NCBI GenBank assembly: GCA_009784345.1
Contig: WRBW01000002.1
Coordinates: 1 to 62,592, forward strand
Direction of reading: 5' to 3'
Length of the DNA stretch: 62,592 nucleotides
DNA from: Coriobacteriia bacterium
GTDB lineage: Bacteria > Actinomycetota > Coriobacteriia > WRKU01 > WQUG01
The notes beneath the pieces are model-generated. The model was not told the origin of the DNA, did not search any database, and saw only the letters and a list, made by a program, of their open reading frames with translations. The position numbers and the translations under genes were made by a program. This document shows positions 37,087-49,001 of the stretch, piece by piece. Numbering within the stretch: position 1 is the stretch's first letter; each line of letters opens with the position of its first letter.

Positions 37087-38058
37087 ATGCTGAGATATAT
37101 CATCAAGCGTTTGCTGCAGTTTATACCCGTGTTTTTGGGTGTAACCATGCTGCTGTTTTTAATTCAATACCACATGCCCGGGGTTGATCCGGCACAGATG
37201 GTAATGGGCGAGAGGGCAGTAACGCCTGAGTTCCGTGCAGCTTTTGAAAAGGCTCACGGCTTTGACCAACCCTGGTATATCCAGTACAAGAACTATTTGG
37301 TCCGCCTTTCACAGGGTGATTTGGGTCGTTCATACATGTCAGGTCGTGCCGTAGCAGACACCCTGGCAGATCGCTATCCACACACGATGCGCCTGGCTTT
37401 AGTGGCTATTGCGCTGCAAGCAATTCTGGGTATTGGTGCTGGTATTGTCTCGGCCGTAAAGCGGCGTAGTTTCTGGGACGTTCTGGTTACTATGTCGACT
37501 TCTATTGCCGTATCGCTGCCGGTCTTTTGGTTGGGTCTGATTTTGCAGTATGTCTTTGGTATATGGCTGCAAAACGTGACGGGGGGTGCCTTCTTCCTGC
37601 CCGTTACGGGGGCCAGCGGGGCGATGCCCACCTACATGTACTATATTTTGCCTGGCTTTACCCTTGCCGTTGTTTCTATGGCCTATACGGCTCGCATCAT
37701 GCGCAGCCAGCTGCTTGAAATTGAAAATGCAGATTACGTGCGCACGGCAAAGGCAAAGGGCTGTTCTCCTGCCCGCATCCTGTGGGGACACAAAATGAAG
37801 AACGCCTTGATTCCGGTTATTACCTCGATGGGTATGGACTTTGGCATCATGCTTTCAGGTGCGATTTTTACCGAAACCGTCTTTAACTGGCCTGGTATTG
37901 GACTCTTGATGTTTACGGCCATTATGCAGCGTGACTTCCAGGTCATCATTGGTACCACGACCGTGATCCTCTTTGTCATTATGCTGATTTCTCTGATAGT
38001 TGACATAGCTTACGGATTCCTTGATCCGCGCATTAGAATTGCAGGAGGTGAAGAGTAA
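37087..38058 (+). CDS. Peptide ABC transporter permease (OppB/DppB-like)
   Basis: N-terminal MLRYIIKRLLQFIPVF. EAA-like loop DYVRTAKAKG. Confidence 0.85.
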   Translation: MLRYIIKRLLQFIPVFLGVTMLLFLIQYHMPGVDPAQMVMGERAVTPEFRAAFEKAHGFDQPWYIQYKNYLVRLSQGDLGRSYMSGRAVADTLADRYPHTMRLALVAIALQAILGIGAGIVSAVKRRSFWDVLVTMSTSIAVSLPVFWLGLILQYVFGIWLQNVTGGAFFLPVTGASGAMPTYMYYILPGFTLAVVSMAYTARIMRSQLLEIENADYVRTAKAKGCSPARILWGHKMKNALIPVITSMGMDFGIMLSGAIFTETVFNWPGIGLLMFTAIMQRDFQVIIGTTTVILFVIMLISLIVDIAYGFLDPRIRIAGGEE

Positions 38059-39059
38059 TGCCTGAATTCATGCCTGATACAGAACAGATCAAGCGGACAC
38101 ACGGACCCGACGGTCCACATCCGGAAGCTCTTTATAAGAACAAATTGAAAAAAGAGCATCACGAAGAAAAAGTTGATGACCGTGCAACGCGTACGCTGTG
38201 GGGTGACGCGCTGCGTCGCCTGAGCAAGAACTATCTGGCTATGGGCGCACTCCTCTGGATATTGATTGTACTGATGGCAACGGTGACAGCTGACCTGTGG
38301 GTGCCCCAAAACTTTGGTGACCCAACCCAGATTGACACCGCAACAGCTGCGCAAACCCGTTTGCAGGCACCCAGCCGCGAACATCCCTTTGGGACTGACG
38401 ACATGGGACGCGACCTCTTTGGGCGTGTGGTCTATGGGGCCCGCGTTTCGCTGACCGTTGGTTTTGTGGCAACGGCTGCTGCCTTTAGTTTTGGCATTTT
38501 GATAGGTGCGGTTTCAGGTTTTGCGGGTCGTTGGGTAGACTCGGTACTGATGCGCTTTACCGATATTATTTTGGCCTTCCCCTATGTATTGATGGTCATT
38601 TTGGTCATGTCGGTCTTGCCCCAAGAAGTGAGAGGGGCGTGGTCGGTTGCGGCCGCTATCGCTGCCTTTGGCTGGGGATCCTTTGCACGTCTGTTTCGCT
38701 CGAGCGTACTGAGTGTAAAGGAAAATGACTACGTGCTTGCGGCGCGCGCTTTGGGTGCCTCGAACCGGCGCATTATCTTCAAGCATATTTTGCCTAATGC
38801 CATCGCGCCGGCACTGGTTATTGCGACTATGACGATAGGTGGCGTTATTCTGACAGAATCTGCTCTGTCCTTTTTGGGGCTGGGCATCCAGGCGCCAGAT
38901 ATTAGCTGGGGTCGTATGATTGATGATGGTCGTCGTTTCTTGACCCATCAGCCACAGCTGGTGCTGTACCCCGGTCTGGCGATTCTGTCGACGGTACTGT
39001 CGTTCATGCTTTTGGGTGACGGCATCCGTGACGCGCTGGATACCAAGTCAAAGGACTAG
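38058..39059 (+). CDS. Peptide ABC transporter permease (OppC/DppC-like)
   Basis: Start overlaps the upstream stop (TAATG). HPFGTDDMGRD motif. EAA loop DYVLAARALGAS. Confidence 0.85.
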   Translation: MPEFMPDTEQIKRTHGPDGPHPEALYKNKLKKEHHEEKVDDRATRTLWGDALRRLSKNYLAMGALLWILIVLMATVTADLWVPQNFGDPTQIDTATAAQTRLQAPSREHPFGTDDMGRDLFGRVVYGARVSLTVGFVATAAAFSFGILIGAVSGFAGRWVDSVLMRFTDIILAFPYVLMVILVMSVLPQEVRGAWSVAAAIAAFGWGSFARLFRSSVLSVKENDYVLAARALGASNRRIIFKHILPNAIAPALVIATMTIGGVILTESALSFLGLGIQAPDISWGRMIDDGRRFLTHQPQLVLYPGLAILSTVLSFMLLGDGIRDALDTKSKD

Positions 39060-39115
39060 CCTTTCGCGTTTGCAGGCAAAGTGAAGCGATACATTTTCAG
39101 ACATTAGGACATTAG

Positions 39116-40216
39116 ATGGCACAGAAAGAACATAAGACAAAGCCTTCCCACCACAAGTGGGATATGAAGGATACGGGACCCTACACGGACGGACCTTTGC
39201 TTGAGGTCGATGACCTCAAGATGTATTTCCACACGCGTGACGGTGTAGTAAAGGCGGTCAACGGGGTCAGCTACAAACTTGATGCGGGCAAGACGCTGGG
39301 CATCGTGGGCGAAAGCGGCAGTGGTAAGTCGGTAACTGCCATGACGCTTATGGGGCTTATCAACATGCCTCCTGGAAAGATTGAAGGCGGCGACGCCTTA
39401 TATCGTGGCAAGAGCCTTATAACGGCATCTGAAAAGGCCATGCGTCAGATTCGCGGCAATAAGATCGCCATGATTTTCCAGGATCCCATGACGTCGCTTA
39501 ATCCGGTCTACAAGATAGGTCGCCAGCTGGCAGAGCCTCTGCGTATCCACAAAGGAATGAGCAAAAAAGAAGCCTGGGAGCACGCCGTCGAGCTTTTGCG
39601 TATGGTAGGTATTCCGCATCCTGATCAGCGCGTTAAAGAATACCCCCATCAGTTCAGTGGCGGTATGCGTCAGCGCGTCATGATTGCCATGGCACTGGCC
39701 TGCGACCCTGATATCTTGATTGCTGATGAGCCTACGACGGCTTTGGATGTTACTATCCAGGCGCAGATCATCCAGCTGATGCAGGAACTGCAAAAGAAGA
39801 GCAACTCTGCCATTATCATGATTACCCATGACCTGGGGGTTGTGGCGGACATGGCAGATGATGTACTGGTCATGTATGCAGGACGCCCTGTCGAGTTTGG
39901 TTCTGTCAATGAAGTCTTCTACAACCCTTCACACCCCTACACCTGGGGGCTCATGGGCTCGCTTCCCCGCTCTGCCAGCGACCTTGCAGAAAAGAACGAG
40001 CTTCAGCCCATCGAGGGGCTGCCACCTAGTTTGATTGACTTGCCAACGGGTTGCCCCTTCCATCCTCGCTGCCCCTATGCACGCGAGATTTGCGCACATG
40101 CAGAACCCCCCGTGGTAGAAATAAGCGACGGTTCAGGTAGACCTCACACGGCAAGCTGCCACTTTGCGGGCCAGCCCGGATTTACAAAAGCAGAGATGGA
40201 GGGTGAGGCATCATGA
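39116..40216 (+). CDS. Peptide ABC transporter ATPase (OppD/DppD-like)
   Basis: [29 protein letters not shown]-terminal oligopeptide-ABC extension with [10 protein letters not shown]. Confidence 0.9.
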   Translation: MAQKEHKTKPSHHKWDMKDTGPYTDGPLLEVDDLKMYFHTRDGVVKAVNGVSYKLDAGKTLGIVGESGSGKSVTAMTLMGLINMPPGKIEGGDALYRGKSLITASEKAMRQIRGNKIAMIFQDPMTSLNPVYKIGRQLAEPLRIHKGMSKKEAWEHAVELLRMVGIPHPDQRVKEYPHQFSGGMRQRVMIAMALACDPDILIADEPTTALDVTIQAQIIQLMQELQKKSNSAIIMITHDLGVVADMADDVLVMYAGRPVEFGSVNEVFYNPSHPYTWGLMGSLPRSASDLAEKNELQPIEGLPPSLIDLPTGCPFHPRCPYAREICAHAEPPVVEISDGSGRPHTASCHFAGQPGFTKAEMEGEAS

Positions 40217-41247
40217 CGACGCCCCTTCTGGAAGTTAAAGACTTAAAAAAGCACTTCAAGGTGCGCTCTTCGCGCGGCGAGAAAAAAGTCGTCAAAGCTG
40301 TTGACGGTGTGTCGCTGACCATTAACGAGGGCACGACCCTGGGTCTGGTGGGCGAATCCGGCTGCGGCAAGTCGACGACGGGACGCACCATCATGCGTCT
40401 GAATGAACCGACCTCGGGTGAAATCCTCTATCAGGGCAGGGATGTTGCAAAGATGAAGCCGCGCGAGCTAAAGGCTTTTCGTCGAGAAGTGCAATTCATC
40501 TTTCAAGACCCTTATGCGTCACTGAACCCCCGCTTTACCGTGGGTGAATTGGTGGGCGAACCTTTGGCCATCCACAAGATGGGCAACAAGTCTACGCGCA
40601 TCAAAAAGGTGAAAGAGCTGCTTGACACCGTCGGGCTAAACCCAGAGCACATCAACCGCTACGCCCACGAGTTCAGTGGAGGTCAACGTCAGCGTATCGG
40701 TATTGCCCGTGCGCTCGCCTTGCAGCCAAAGCTGATAATCTGCGATGAACCCGTTAGTGCCCTTGACGTGTCTATTCAGGCACAGGTCCTGAACCTGCTG
40801 GAGCGCCTGCAGAATGAATTCGGCATTGCCTATCTGTTTATTGCCCACGACCTGTCTGTCGTGCAGCACATTTCAGATGAAGTCGCCGTTATGTATCTGG
40901 GCAAGATTGTCGAACGCAGTGATTGGCGCGGTCTTTATGAGACCCCTAATCATCCCTATACGCAGTGCCTGCTTTCAGCCGTACCTTTGCCAGACCCCGA
41001 GGTCCAGCGCAAGCGTAACCGCATCTTGCTGGCAGGCGATCCTCCGTCACCTATTGACCCGCCTCCTGGATGCAACTTCCACACCCGCTGCCCCTTGGCG
41101 CAAAGCGATGCTGACAAGCTCGCCGTGTGCTCGACCGATGAGCCACATCTGGAACCAGTCGGTGCTACACACCTCTGCGCATGCCACTATGCGGCAGCTT
41201 TCCCCATTTCAGAGGAAATTGCAGCAAAGAACACCGCCATTAGGTAA
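40213..41247 (+). CDS. Peptide ABC transporter ATPase (OppF/DppF-like)
   Basis: [29 protein letters not shown], and C-terminal CNFHTRCP. Confidence 0.9.
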   Translation: MTTPLLEVKDLKKHFKVRSSRGEKKVVKAVDGVSLTINEGTTLGLVGESGCGKSTTGRTIMRLNEPTSGEILYQGRDVAKMKPRELKAFRREVQFIFQDPYASLNPRFTVGELVGEPLAIHKMGNKSTRIKKVKELLDTVGLNPEHINRYAHEFSGGQRQRIGIARALALQPKLIICDEPVSALDVSIQAQVLNLLERLQNEFGIAYLFIAHDLSVVQHISDEVAVMYLGKIVERSDWRGLYETPNHPYTQCLLSAVPLPDPEVQRKRNRILLAGDPPSPIDPPPGCNFHTRCPLAQSDADKLAVCSTDEPHLEPVGATHLCACHYAAAFPISEEIAAKNTAIR

Positions 41248-42279
41248 ATGAAGCCAATACAGTACAAGGACACCGGACCTGCCGTCGAAGACATTCAGCG
41301 CAGGCTGCGTGTGTTGGGCTATGACATAGCGGGCGATGAAACCAGCAGTGTCGTGTTTCTGGAGCAGACCCTGGATGCCGTCACAGCTTTTCAGCGCGAT
41401 AACGGCCTGTCACCTACCGGAGCCGTCGGTCCACGCACCTGGTCGACGCTGGTCGATTCGACCTTCGAACTGGGCGACCGCATGCTGTACTTACGCATGC
41501 CTTATTTCCACGGCAATGACGTAACCCAGCTGCAAAACGCCCTGAACACCCTGGGCTTTGCGATTGGCGGCGTCGATGGCATCTTTGGCGTCAGCACCGA
41601 ACGCGCTGTGACCGAGTTCCAGCAAAACTACGGCATCAACCCTGACGGCTTGGTCGGCATTGATACGCTCAACGCGCTGCTCGACCTGCATCACATGTGG
41701 GTTGGCAAGGACAGCCGCGGCCATTCTTCCATCACCGCTCGTCCCCAGGTGCAGTATGCGGCCCTGCTGGACTACTACTTTGACTTTCAGGCCCTGACGA
41801 CACTCGACGCCGGCGAGCGCTGCAGTTGCGACCCAGCCACTCAGGCGGCCTTGCGCCGCGTCGTGCGCTACGCCAACAACCTCGAAGATGCGGCGCGCAC
41901 CGACTATATTGAACTGATAAAGCGGGGGAGCGCGTCCATACCAGAAGCCGACATGGTGACGGTACTGGTCTATGTCACGGTGGAGCTGCAAGACGGCGAG
42001 CAACACCTGCCTGACAGCGCTGCCTATCTGAGCTATCACCATGACTTCAAGACCTTTTCTGCTCGATTAGGGCAGTTGTCAAAGGTGTTAGGCCAGCTCA
42101 AAGAGAAAAACGGGTCCGCGCAAGGCCCCGTTCCTGCCTTTGACCTACACCTTTCAATTCCTTCTGAGCTGTTAGAAGCAGGTTCTGAATCGAGTATGCC
42201 GGTTGGTTTACAGTTGATGGCCTCACGCCTGCTTGACGCCCTCTGTATTGCAGCCCTTGACGCAAATTTGATAAAATAG
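41248..42279 (+). CDS. Protein with two PG_binding_1 domains and an unassigned C-terminal half
   Basis: GPAVEDIQRRLRVLGY...AVTAFQRDNGLSPTGAVGPRTW and VTQLQNALNTLGF...AVTEFQQNYGINPDGLVG. No signal peptide seen. Confidence 0.6.
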   Translation: MKPIQYKDTGPAVEDIQRRLRVLGYDIAGDETSSVVFLEQTLDAVTAFQRDNGLSPTGAVGPRTWSTLVDSTFELGDRMLYLRMPYFHGNDVTQLQNALNTLGFAIGGVDGIFGVSTERAVTEFQQNYGINPDGLVGIDTLNALLDLHHMWVGKDSRGHSSITARPQVQYAALLDYYFDFQALTTLDAGERCSCDPATQAALRRVVRYANNLEDAARTDYIELIKRGSASIPEADMVTVLVYVTVELQDGEQHLPDSAAYLSYHHDFKTFSARLGQLSKVLGQLKEKNGSAQGPVPAFDLHLSIPSELLEAGSESSMPVGLQLMASRLLDALCIAALDANLIK

Positions 42280-42342
42280 TCAACCCAACGGCGAGCTTTC
42301 ATGCTCGCTTATTGTTACTTGTACCAACAAGGAGTGAACCCT

Positions 42343-43455
42343 ATGGCAGCACGACATGCTGTTTCTAAAAGAATTATTGGCTTTGGCCTCAGTGCACTCA
42401 TGCTGGGCACCGTTGTACTGCCCGCTTTTGACTCCCTCTTTCATACGGAGACGACTCAGGTCTTAAGACCTGCAGTTGCAGGAGCGACCCCTACGGTTCA
42501 GAGCCGCCAAGAGCAGGTGCGTCAGGTAGCCCGCGAAGTTGAAGAGCTTGACCGCAGGCTTGATATCGCCAGTGATGACTATAATGAGGCTCACGCAGCC
42601 TATACGGCGGCCGTTGAGCGCAGGCAGGAAGCAGATACCCGTCTGGAAGAGACGCAGCAGCGTCTCGAAACCATCCAGCTACACCTAAACACGCGTGCTA
42701 CAGAGGTATATCGCAGCAATACGGCAGGTGCTGGCATTCTGGAGGTACTGCTGGGGGCCACTTCTTTTGAAGAGTTCGCTGGCTTGTGGCAATTGCTCGA
42801 CGAGCTTAATCGCTCTGACGCAGCAAGCTCGACCGAGCTCAAAGACTTGCGTGAAGAGATTTCTGCCTTGCGCGATGAGCTCATTCAAATCGAGGCTACC
42901 GCCAAAGAACAAAATGATCGCATGCTCGCAGCGCGCCAGCAGGCAGAAACTGATTTGGCTAATCGTCGCGAGCGCCTGCGCGGTCTTGAAGCAGAGGTTC
43001 GCGAACTGCAACGACAACAGGCAGAGGCTGAGGCTCGTGCTGCAGCAGAGCGTGCCAGTTCTCCTACCTTTACCGGTGGTGGACAAACTTTTCCACCTCC
43101 TAGCAGGCAGCCACGCAGCGAGGTCGTCAACATTGCCCGTCGCTATTTGGGCGTTCCCTATCGCTGGGGCGGGTCTTCTCCACAAACAGGCTTTGACTGC
43201 TCGGGCTTTACTTCCTATGTCTTCCGCCAGGTGGGCGTCAGCCTGCCCCGTGTTTCGCGTGCACAAATCAATGCGGGACAACGAATCAGCCGTGCTGATA
43301 TTAAGCCGGGCGACTTGGTGTTTTTTGGTAGCCCCATTCATCACGTTGGTATCTATATAGGTGGAGGCCAGATGATTCACTCGCCACGTACTGGTGACGT
43401 GGTTCGTGTAGCGCCTGCTTTTAGAAACAACTTCGTTGGTGCTTCACGACCCTAA
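42343..43455 (+). CDS. Coiled-coil NlpC/P60 (C40) peptidoglycan endopeptidase (RipC/CwlO/PcsB-like architecture)
   Basis: ATG follows AAGGAG. Signal/TM segment, a ~230-aa coiled coil, then catalytic YRWGGSSPQTGFDCSGF ... HHVGIYIG. Confidence 0.85.
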   Translation: MAARHAVSKRIIGFGLSALMLGTVVLPAFDSLFHTETTQVLRPAVAGATPTVQSRQEQVRQVAREVEELDRRLDIASDDYNEAHAAYTAAVERRQEADTRLEETQQRLETIQLHLNTRATEVYRSNTAGAGILEVLLGATSFEEFAGLWQLLDELNRSDAASSTELKDLREEISALRDELIQIEATAKEQNDRMLAARQQAETDLANRRERLRGLEAEVRELQRQQAEAEARAAAERASSPTFTGGGQTFPPPSRQPRSEVVNIARRYLGVPYRWGGSSPQTGFDCSGFTSYVFRQVGVSLPRVSRAQINAGQRISRADIKPGDLVFFGSPIHHVGIYIGGGQMIHSPRTGDVVRVAPAFRNNFVGASRP

Positions 43456-43472
43456 AGTGTTAATGATCAAGC

Positions 43473-45494
43473 ATGGGGCAAAAGCCTAAAAAGAAACGCA
43501 ATCCCGTAACCTATATTGCCTATTTCGCAGGTGCGGTTGTCACGCTGACGGTGCTGCTGATGGCGGTCATTGGCTACATTTTGCTACAGCCCCTACCTGA
43601 CATTTCCCATGAGGCAATTGCCAGGCGATCATCAAGCCCTACCACTATCTTTGCCATAGACGGCTCTGTCCTGACGCAGTGGACGGGCGATACTCAGCGC
43701 AGACCTATGTCTGCTGACGAGTTTCCTCAGGTCATGTTTGACGCGACAGTAGCCATTGAAGACCAGCGCTTCTTTGACCACTCGGGCCTTGATCTGCGCG
43801 GCATACTGCGCGCGGTACAGCGCAATACGGCAGCTGGCGAGGTCGTCGAAGGCGGTTCAACGATTACTCAGCAACTCATGAAGATGATGTATGCGGGCGA
43901 AGATCAGTCGATGATTCGAAAAATCGAAGAAGCCATATTGGCATCCCGCGTGGAAATGGAGCGCGATAAGCGCGACATCATTGCAGCCTATTTGAACATG
44001 GCCTTTTTTGGGCAAGGTTCTTACGGAGTGTATTCTGCTTCTGAGACCTTTTTCGGGGTCGAGCCCAAGGATCTCTCCATCGCGCAGGCAGCAACCCTTG
44101 CCGGTGTTTTGCACATGCCTTCTGCCTACCGACCTCAGGATGACCCCGAGCCTCTGACGGCTCGTAGAAACCTTGTGCTTGCTGCTATGCGCGACCAGGG
44201 CTTTATCACGAATCAACAATTTGACATAGCGCGGGCTGAAGAACTGGTGCTGGCACCCCGGACTGCGCGGGCGCAAGACATACGCTATCCCTTCTTTGTC
44301 GATCTGGTGCAACGTGAACTGCCGACTCTCATTGATGATCAGCGCATTGCCCAAGGCGGACTCAATATTTACACGACCCTCGACCCCGCCATTCAGGATG
44401 CCGCAGAGGCAGCAGCCGCGAGCTGGAACGATGACGCAGATGGTCCCACGGTGTCACTGGTGTCGATGCGTCACAGTGACGGTGCAATTCTTGCCCTGAT
44501 AGGGGGCAAAGATTGGGACGAAAAGCAGTTTAATGTCGCCGTGCAGGCACGTCGCCAACCGGGATCTGCCTTCAAGCCCTTGACGCTTATCGCCGCCCTT
44601 GAAGATGGCGAGAGCATCGATAAGAGCATTGACGCACGACCCTTTGAAGTTATGGTGCGCGATGAAATGTGGGAGGTCACCAACTACGGGGGAGCAAACC
44701 CAGGTGCCAGCCAGACCCTGCGGGCAGCCATGACGCAGTCGACCAACACAGTCTTTGCGCGCCTCATAATGGAAATAGGCCCAGAAAAAGTGGTTGAGCT
44801 TGCCCATGACATGGGCTTTGCTGCTCCCATGGAGCCTGACCCTGCTTTGTCGCTGGGGGGGCTGCGCTACGGCGTGTCACCTCTTGAAATGGCGCGTGCC
44901 TATACCACGATGGCGCGTGCGGGTAGTGATGTAGCGCCGCGATCGATTCTGCGCGTCACCGCTCTTGACCCGAATAACCCTGCGGCTGACCAGACCGTCT
45001 TGTTTGAAGCAGACGAGACACCCGAAGACCACCGCATCTATTCTGAAAGCACCGGCATCGAGCTGCGCAGAACCCTACGCGAGGTCGTGACCTCAGGCAC
45101 GGGTGCGCGGGCAAACATTACGGGTGTTGAGGTCGCCGGAAAAACCGGCACAACTCAAAACTATCACGATGCCTGGTTCGTTGGTTGGGCAGATGGTGTC
45201 ACCACAGCGGTGTGGATGGGCTTTCCTGAAGCACAGATAGAGATGCGTAACATTCGCGGACGCAATGTGTCTGGCGGCAGCTATCCCGCGCAGATCTTCC
45301 ACGACTACATGACGGCGGCCCTCGAGAGGCGCCCCAATGTGGGGATGTATTTCGTGCCTGGTCAGACTCCGCCTGTAGATGGGGAAGGCGAAGAGGGTAT
45401 GGGCGAGCATCCCACCGAGCACATGACTATCCAAGATGTTTTTAGTGACATGTACAATATGCCGTCGCTTGAGGAGCTGGGGCGGGCGCCTTAG
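43473..45494 (+). CDS. Class A penicillin-binding protein (PBP1A family: GT51 plus transpeptidase)
   Basis: GT51 motifs EDQRFFDHSGLD and GGSTITQQ. Transpeptidase motifs SAFKP, STN, KTGTT. Confidence 0.9.
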   Translation: MGQKPKKKRNPVTYIAYFAGAVVTLTVLLMAVIGYILLQPLPDISHEAIARRSSSPTTIFAIDGSVLTQWTGDTQRRPMSADEFPQVMFDATVAIEDQRFFDHSGLDLRGILRAVQRNTAAGEVVEGGSTITQQLMKMMYAGEDQSMIRKIEEAILASRVEMERDKRDIIAAYLNMAFFGQGSYGVYSASETFFGVEPKDLSIAQAATLAGVLHMPSAYRPQDDPEPLTARRNLVLAAMRDQGFITNQQFDIARAEELVLAPRTARAQDIRYPFFVDLVQRELPTLIDDQRIAQGGLNIYTTLDPAIQDAAEAAAASWNDDADGPTVSLVSMRHSDGAILALIGGKDWDEKQFNVAVQARRQPGSAFKPLTLIAALEDGESIDKSIDARPFEVMVRDEMWEVTNYGGANPGASQTLRAAMTQSTNTVFARLIMEIGPEKVVELAHDMGFAAPMEPDPALSLGGLRYGVSPLEMARAYTTMARAGSDVAPRSILRVTALDPNNPAADQTVLFEADETPEDHRIYSESTGIELRRTLREVVTSGTGARANITGVEVAGKTGTTQNYHDAWFVGWADGVTTAVWMGFPEAQIEMRNIRGRNVSGGSYPAQIFHDYMTAALERRPNVGMYFVPGQTPPVDGEGEEGMGEHPTEHMTIQDVFSDMYNMPSLEELGRAP

Positions 45495-45626
45495 CTGCGA
45501 AAACGGTGGCGCACAGGGTGGCTGAGTTTGGTACATTTGTAGGCAGGAATGAAATCTGGAGGGTAGGCCAGATGGCGGCTTTTGCGGCGCTTGAGGCTCG
45601 TGATTTTCGACAAAGGAGTACTGACC

Positions 45627-46541
45627 GTGAGTAGTGCAACAAAAAACGATGGGCAATCAGTTACTGACCGCGTGTTTAATCCGGGCGGCGAACAGCGCGA
45701 CTTGAGCAAGGACTCTGAGCGCAAGCCCCGCATTGGCGTGTATGTTGAAAGCGAGCCCGAGCCTCATATTTTGAACCTGCTGAAGGCGCTGAAGTATGTG
45801 ACCTCGCCACGTGGGGACGGCCACGAGCCTTATGACATCTACCTCTATAGTTCGAGTAAAATCTGGAAGAAATACTGCAAGGATTTTGGGCACGTTTACC
45901 GTCCTTTCCCCACCAGTGGAGCCTCGAACAAGCTGGGCAAGATGATGTTTGGCAAGCACGTGGACAGTCCCAAGCCTGAAGCTTGGGTCGGCGAAATGCT
46001 GAAGCGCAAGGCCTCAGATGTTCACCTTGAGCTGATGATTTTTGCAGCGCCCACCAGCTTGGTGGCTCAGATGGACCTGCCCACGATTGTCATTTTGCAA
46101 GACCTGGAAAAACGCCTGGGCACGAGCGCTTATGACAAGGCGTGGTATGACGACCTGTATAAGACCGTCCTTGAAAATGCCGGCGCGATTTTGGTTGACC
46201 CTTCAGAAGGTGTTGAATATTTGTCTGATGTGACCGCCGTGTCGCCCACTGACATAACCCTGATTTCTCTTGATTTGGACCGTCAGATGCTGGGCGAGGA
46301 TCTGACCTACATCATCCGCGGCATGCTGGCGCCCGGCAAGATCTTCGAGCCAAAGCCCGAGCCTGCCGTTGAAGAAACCGCTGTAGAAGAGGTCGCCGCT
46401 GTGCCCCTCGAGGCGGACGAAGAGTTGCCTGCGGAGGAGCAGGACCAGACCAGCGACCAGATTGCGACTGGTGACAGCCCCGAAGAATGCGAAGTTGACG
46501 TAATGCTTGATAGCTCAGAAGGCAAAGCTCCTAAAATCTAA
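45627..46541 (+). CDS. Hypothetical protein with an acidic Pro/Glu-rich C-terminal tail
   Basis: GTG at 45627 follows AAAGGAG. No motif recognised. Tail PKPEPAVEETAVEEVAAVPLEADEELPAEEQD. Confidence 0.45.
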   Translation: MSSATKNDGQSVTDRVFNPGGEQRDLSKDSERKPRIGVYVESEPEPHILNLLKALKYVTSPRGDGHEPYDIYLYSSSKIWKKYCKDFGHVYRPFPTSGASNKLGKMMFGKHVDSPKPEAWVGEMLKRKASDVHLELMIFAAPTSLVAQMDLPTIVILQDLEKRLGTSAYDKAWYDDLYKTVLENAGAILVDPSEGVEYLSDVTAVSPTDITLISLDLDRQMLGEDLTYIIRGMLAPGKIFEPKPEPAVEETAVEEVAAVPLEADEELPAEEQDQTSDQIATGDSPEECEVDVMLDSSEGKAPKI

Positions 46542-46593
46542 GTGCGAGACGCTCAGATTTTGTAGCAAATGTGAACTTTTTATAACTATTCTG

Positions 46594-46616
46594 AAGCCCT
46601 GCCTTGCGCGGGGCTT
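46594..46616 (+). terminator. Weak terminator-like hairpin
   Basis: AAGCCC-(11 nt)-GGGCTT followed by TGTCTTTGC. Flanked by the 10-nt inverted repeat TTGTAGCAAA / TTTGCTACAA. Confidence 0.35.
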
Positions 46617-46642
46617 TGTCTTTGCTACAATAAAAAAGCCTT

Positions 46643-46669
46643 TTAGCACTCTTCTTGCGAGAGTGCTAA
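46643..46669 (+). promoter_or_regulatory. CIRCE operator (HrcA binding site)
   Basis: TTAGCACTC-N9-GAGTGCTAA is a perfect match to the CIRCE consensus. Lies 58 nt upstream of the groES start. Confidence 0.92.
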
Positions 46670-46726
46670 AAAAGTGAAAAGGGTCTGTCAATAACGACTA
46701 CCATAAGACTAAGAGGAGGATTGAGA

Positions 46727-47014
46727 ATGAATTTGAAGCCACTGGGCGACAACATCATTGTCAAGCAAGCCGCAGCAGAGACTCAGACCAAGAGTGGTCT
46801 GTATGTGCCTGAGGCTGCAAAAGAAAAACCACAACGCGGTGAAGTGTTGGCCGTCGGTGCCGGCAAGCTGAATCGTAATGGCGATCGCATCCCTATGGAT
46901 GTAGCTGTTGGAGACACCGTTATCTACAGCAAGTACGGCGGAAATGAAGTCAAGATTGAAGACGAAGAATACGTCATCTTGAAGTCAGATCAGATTTACG
47001 CAATCGTAGGCTAA
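46727..47014 (+). CDS. groES: Co-chaperonin GroES
   Basis: ATG at 46727 lies 7 nt after [20 protein letters not shown]...[23 protein letters not shown]. Confidence 0.95.
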   Translation: MNLKPLGDNIIVKQAAAETQTKSGLYVPEAAKEKPQRGEVLAVGAGKLNRNGDRIPMDVAVGDTVIYSKYGGNEVKIEDEEYVILKSDQIYAIVG

Positions 47015-47027
47015 GGTCAAGATCGAG

Positions 47028-47048
47028 ATGCCGCATCAAGTGCGGCAT
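47028..47048 (+). other. Hairpin in the groES-groEL spacer
   Basis: ATGCCGCA-TCAAG-TGCGGCAT, an 8-bp perfect stem, immediately followed by one copy of the 12-mer motif. Confidence 0.5.
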
Positions 47049-47095
47049 GACAGGTGTGGACGCACTCCGCCCATTGTTGAAACATTCAAGACTAA

Positions 47096-48751
<1,656 letters not shown>

Positions 48752-48818
48752 CCTCTGGCCCGTTCTGAGCACGCCTGGTGCGCTCGTTTGAGGATGGGGC
48801 AAACGACACGACCTAGTA

Positions 48819-48979
48819 GGGTCGCTTACGTTCGCACCACCTCAAGACTCACTACCAGACACGCTCAGAAGCGACCCAGTGGTTTGCAGAAGCTTATTTC
48901 ACCCTTCTAGTGTTTGTTATTATAGAGAGAGTGGCTGCCACGGCCACTCTCTTTTCAATTCGGGGAAGGAATTGAAAAG
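48819..48979 (+). promoter_or_regulatory. Structured leader upstream of metQ (unclassified)
   Basis: 9-bp long-range pairing GGGTCGCTT (48819-27) / AAGCGACCC (48869-77). Hairpin H1 is 48926-48952 (10-bp stem, then a T-run). Hairpin H2 is 48951-48979 (11-bp perfect stem) and shares 2 nt with H1. Confidence 0.35.
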
Positions 48980-49001
48980 CTGCAAGACCACTGGGGGATA
49001 C

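Noticed and set aside
48752-49001. Assigning the metQ leader to a named riboswitch or T-box class
   Set aside because: I could not find the S-box core, the T-box AGGGTGGNACCGCG sequence or other signature elements by eye. It is reported only as an unclassified structured leader.
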